Source of the DNA: Octopus vulgaris
Taxonomy: Eukaryota
Reading direction: 5' to 3'
Length of the DNA stretch: 64,000 nucleotides
Assembly: GCA_951406725.2 (NCBI GenBank)
Contig: OX597817.1
Location: 186,001 to 250,000, forward strand
Made by a program: the position numbers and the translations under genes. This document shows positions 62,616 to 64,000 of this stretch, piece after piece. How positions within the stretch are numbered: the first letter of the stretch is position 1; each line of letters starts with the position of its first letter. Under the pieces are notes generated by a model. That model saw only the letters and a list, made by a program, of their open reading frames with translations. It was not told the DNA's origin and ran no database searches.

Positions 62616-63261
62616 TCTTAGAGAAACACATCGTACAACGCTGGACAAAATCTGAGGACCAGTGAAAAATCTGCCAAAATGAAGTGTTTGTGTGAGTGTA
62701 CGTATGCATATATATATGCACACACCTGCTAGAGTGTGTGTGTGTGTATGTTTCCATTTGCTTTTACTAAAAATTGCTCAGCTATGAACGATTAGATTAT
62801 CATTTTCCCTGTTAATAGACAAACCATTGGAATAAGTGATCCCTTGAACAACAGGTAAGGGTTAATAACATGAAGGGGATCCATATCCAAAGAGAATGGA
62901 TCAATAATATACTCATACAACCCATGCTAGTATGGAGAAAAGGTGTAAAATGATTGCTTTATATGCATATACGTACATATATAAGTCTATGTATGTGTAT
63001 ACTCGTGTGCATGTGTGAGTAGCTGTATGGCATAGTGATTCGGGTGTTACCCTCACATTAGCTAGATCGTGGGTTTGTTGATTCTTGCAATGCCCTTCCT
63101 TTCCCAAGACTTCCGAATGTTCGCCTGCTTTCCTAACCAGTGGAGTGGCATCATTCAAAACGTAAAACGATGCAAAGCACATTGTGACCAGTAATGTGTA
63201 ACATCTGGCAGTAGAGTCGATCATGTGATTACATGATTATATGTATATATATATATATATA

Positions 63262-63600
63262 CCTTCAGCACTTCCTTCAGTGAGATGAATGCTCTCCGTC
63301 CTGCTCTTAACCTTCGCAACATATCATTCTCCATCTTTCGCCTCAAGTAACTCATTGACCGAGATAGACATAGCTGTCCACCTCTTCTATTTCGTCATCT
63401 CCGACTGCTAGCTGACCGATTGATACGCCTTCAGACCATATGATCTTGGTTTTCATACGGTTGATCTTCAAGCCGAGTGCCGAACCTCTGGAATCCAGTT
63501 CGTCCAGCAATGGTCTACAGGGGATCGGTGCTCCCCGCTGTCAGCGTTATGTTGTCAGCGAAAGTTAGAACTTAGACAAGGCAATTGGCACCAATCTCTT
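63262..63600 (-). mobile_element. RTE-clade LINE RT fragment, decayed
   Basis: VLTFADNITL, LGLKINRMKTKII, EIEEVDSYVYLGQ, RRLRAGRRAF. Confidence 0.7.
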
Positions 63601-64000
63601 CAACAGTACAGTCTTTCCTGCAATGCTATACACATTTTAGACTTGAGCCTTGAAGAAGAGGGAACATCTTTTTACAGTGCAGATATCCATTGTAACGCTG
63701 ATGTTGGGAATCTGGCTAAGAGATCACACCTGGAATGAGGAAATCTGGAATAGAACTGCAGTGAAGGACATCATCGCGTCAGATGATGCGAAGATGATTT
63801 AGTAAATATGTTTAGAACAGAAGAAATAGGAGAGCAGGGGAGGAAGGGAGCAAATTTTATGGGTAGCGGAGCCAAATCGGTACCAGACAGCCTGGCCGAT
63901 ATATATATATATATATACACTCACGAGTAACATCACCACCACACCACTATCAGAACACCCCTGCACACTGTTCAGCTCACTGCCCAAACCACACACCATC

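Larger units (their letters stand above)
60031..62620 (-). mobile_element. Penelope-like element (Neptune type), RT + GIY-YIG, 5'-truncated
   Basis: Coding region 60318-62615 followed by a pLTR with a hammerhead and a (TA)n flank. Confidence 0.88.

Overview
Repeat-rich, AT-rich animal genomic DNA, most likely an octopus (inferred from the SINE families, microsatellite load and TE content). One host gene could be reconstructed by hand on the minus strand: 12 coding exons (59445 to 25896), all GT-AG introns, phases consistent, 1521 nt / 506 aa. It encodes Mind bomb-like ankyrin repeats, an IAP/MIB-type RING with His->Asp at zinc ligand 4, two duplicated small exons each carrying a dynein light chain LC8-type motif, and a C-terminal death domain. 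The two LC8-motif exons appear to be copies of the first death-domain exon. The rest is transposable elements: a Tx1/L1-clade LINE with an apparently open ORF2, a CR1-group LINE with one nonsense codon, three Penelope-like elements carrying four hammerhead ribozyme motifs (one with a U3-A8 covariant core), HERO, RTE, Gypsy, hAT, mariner and Helitron remnants, a solo LTR, tRNA-derived SINEs sharing the LINE's 3' hairpin, and long simple repeats. Most long ORFs in the supplied track are microsatellite artefacts. Family assignments rest on recalled motifs, not database searches.
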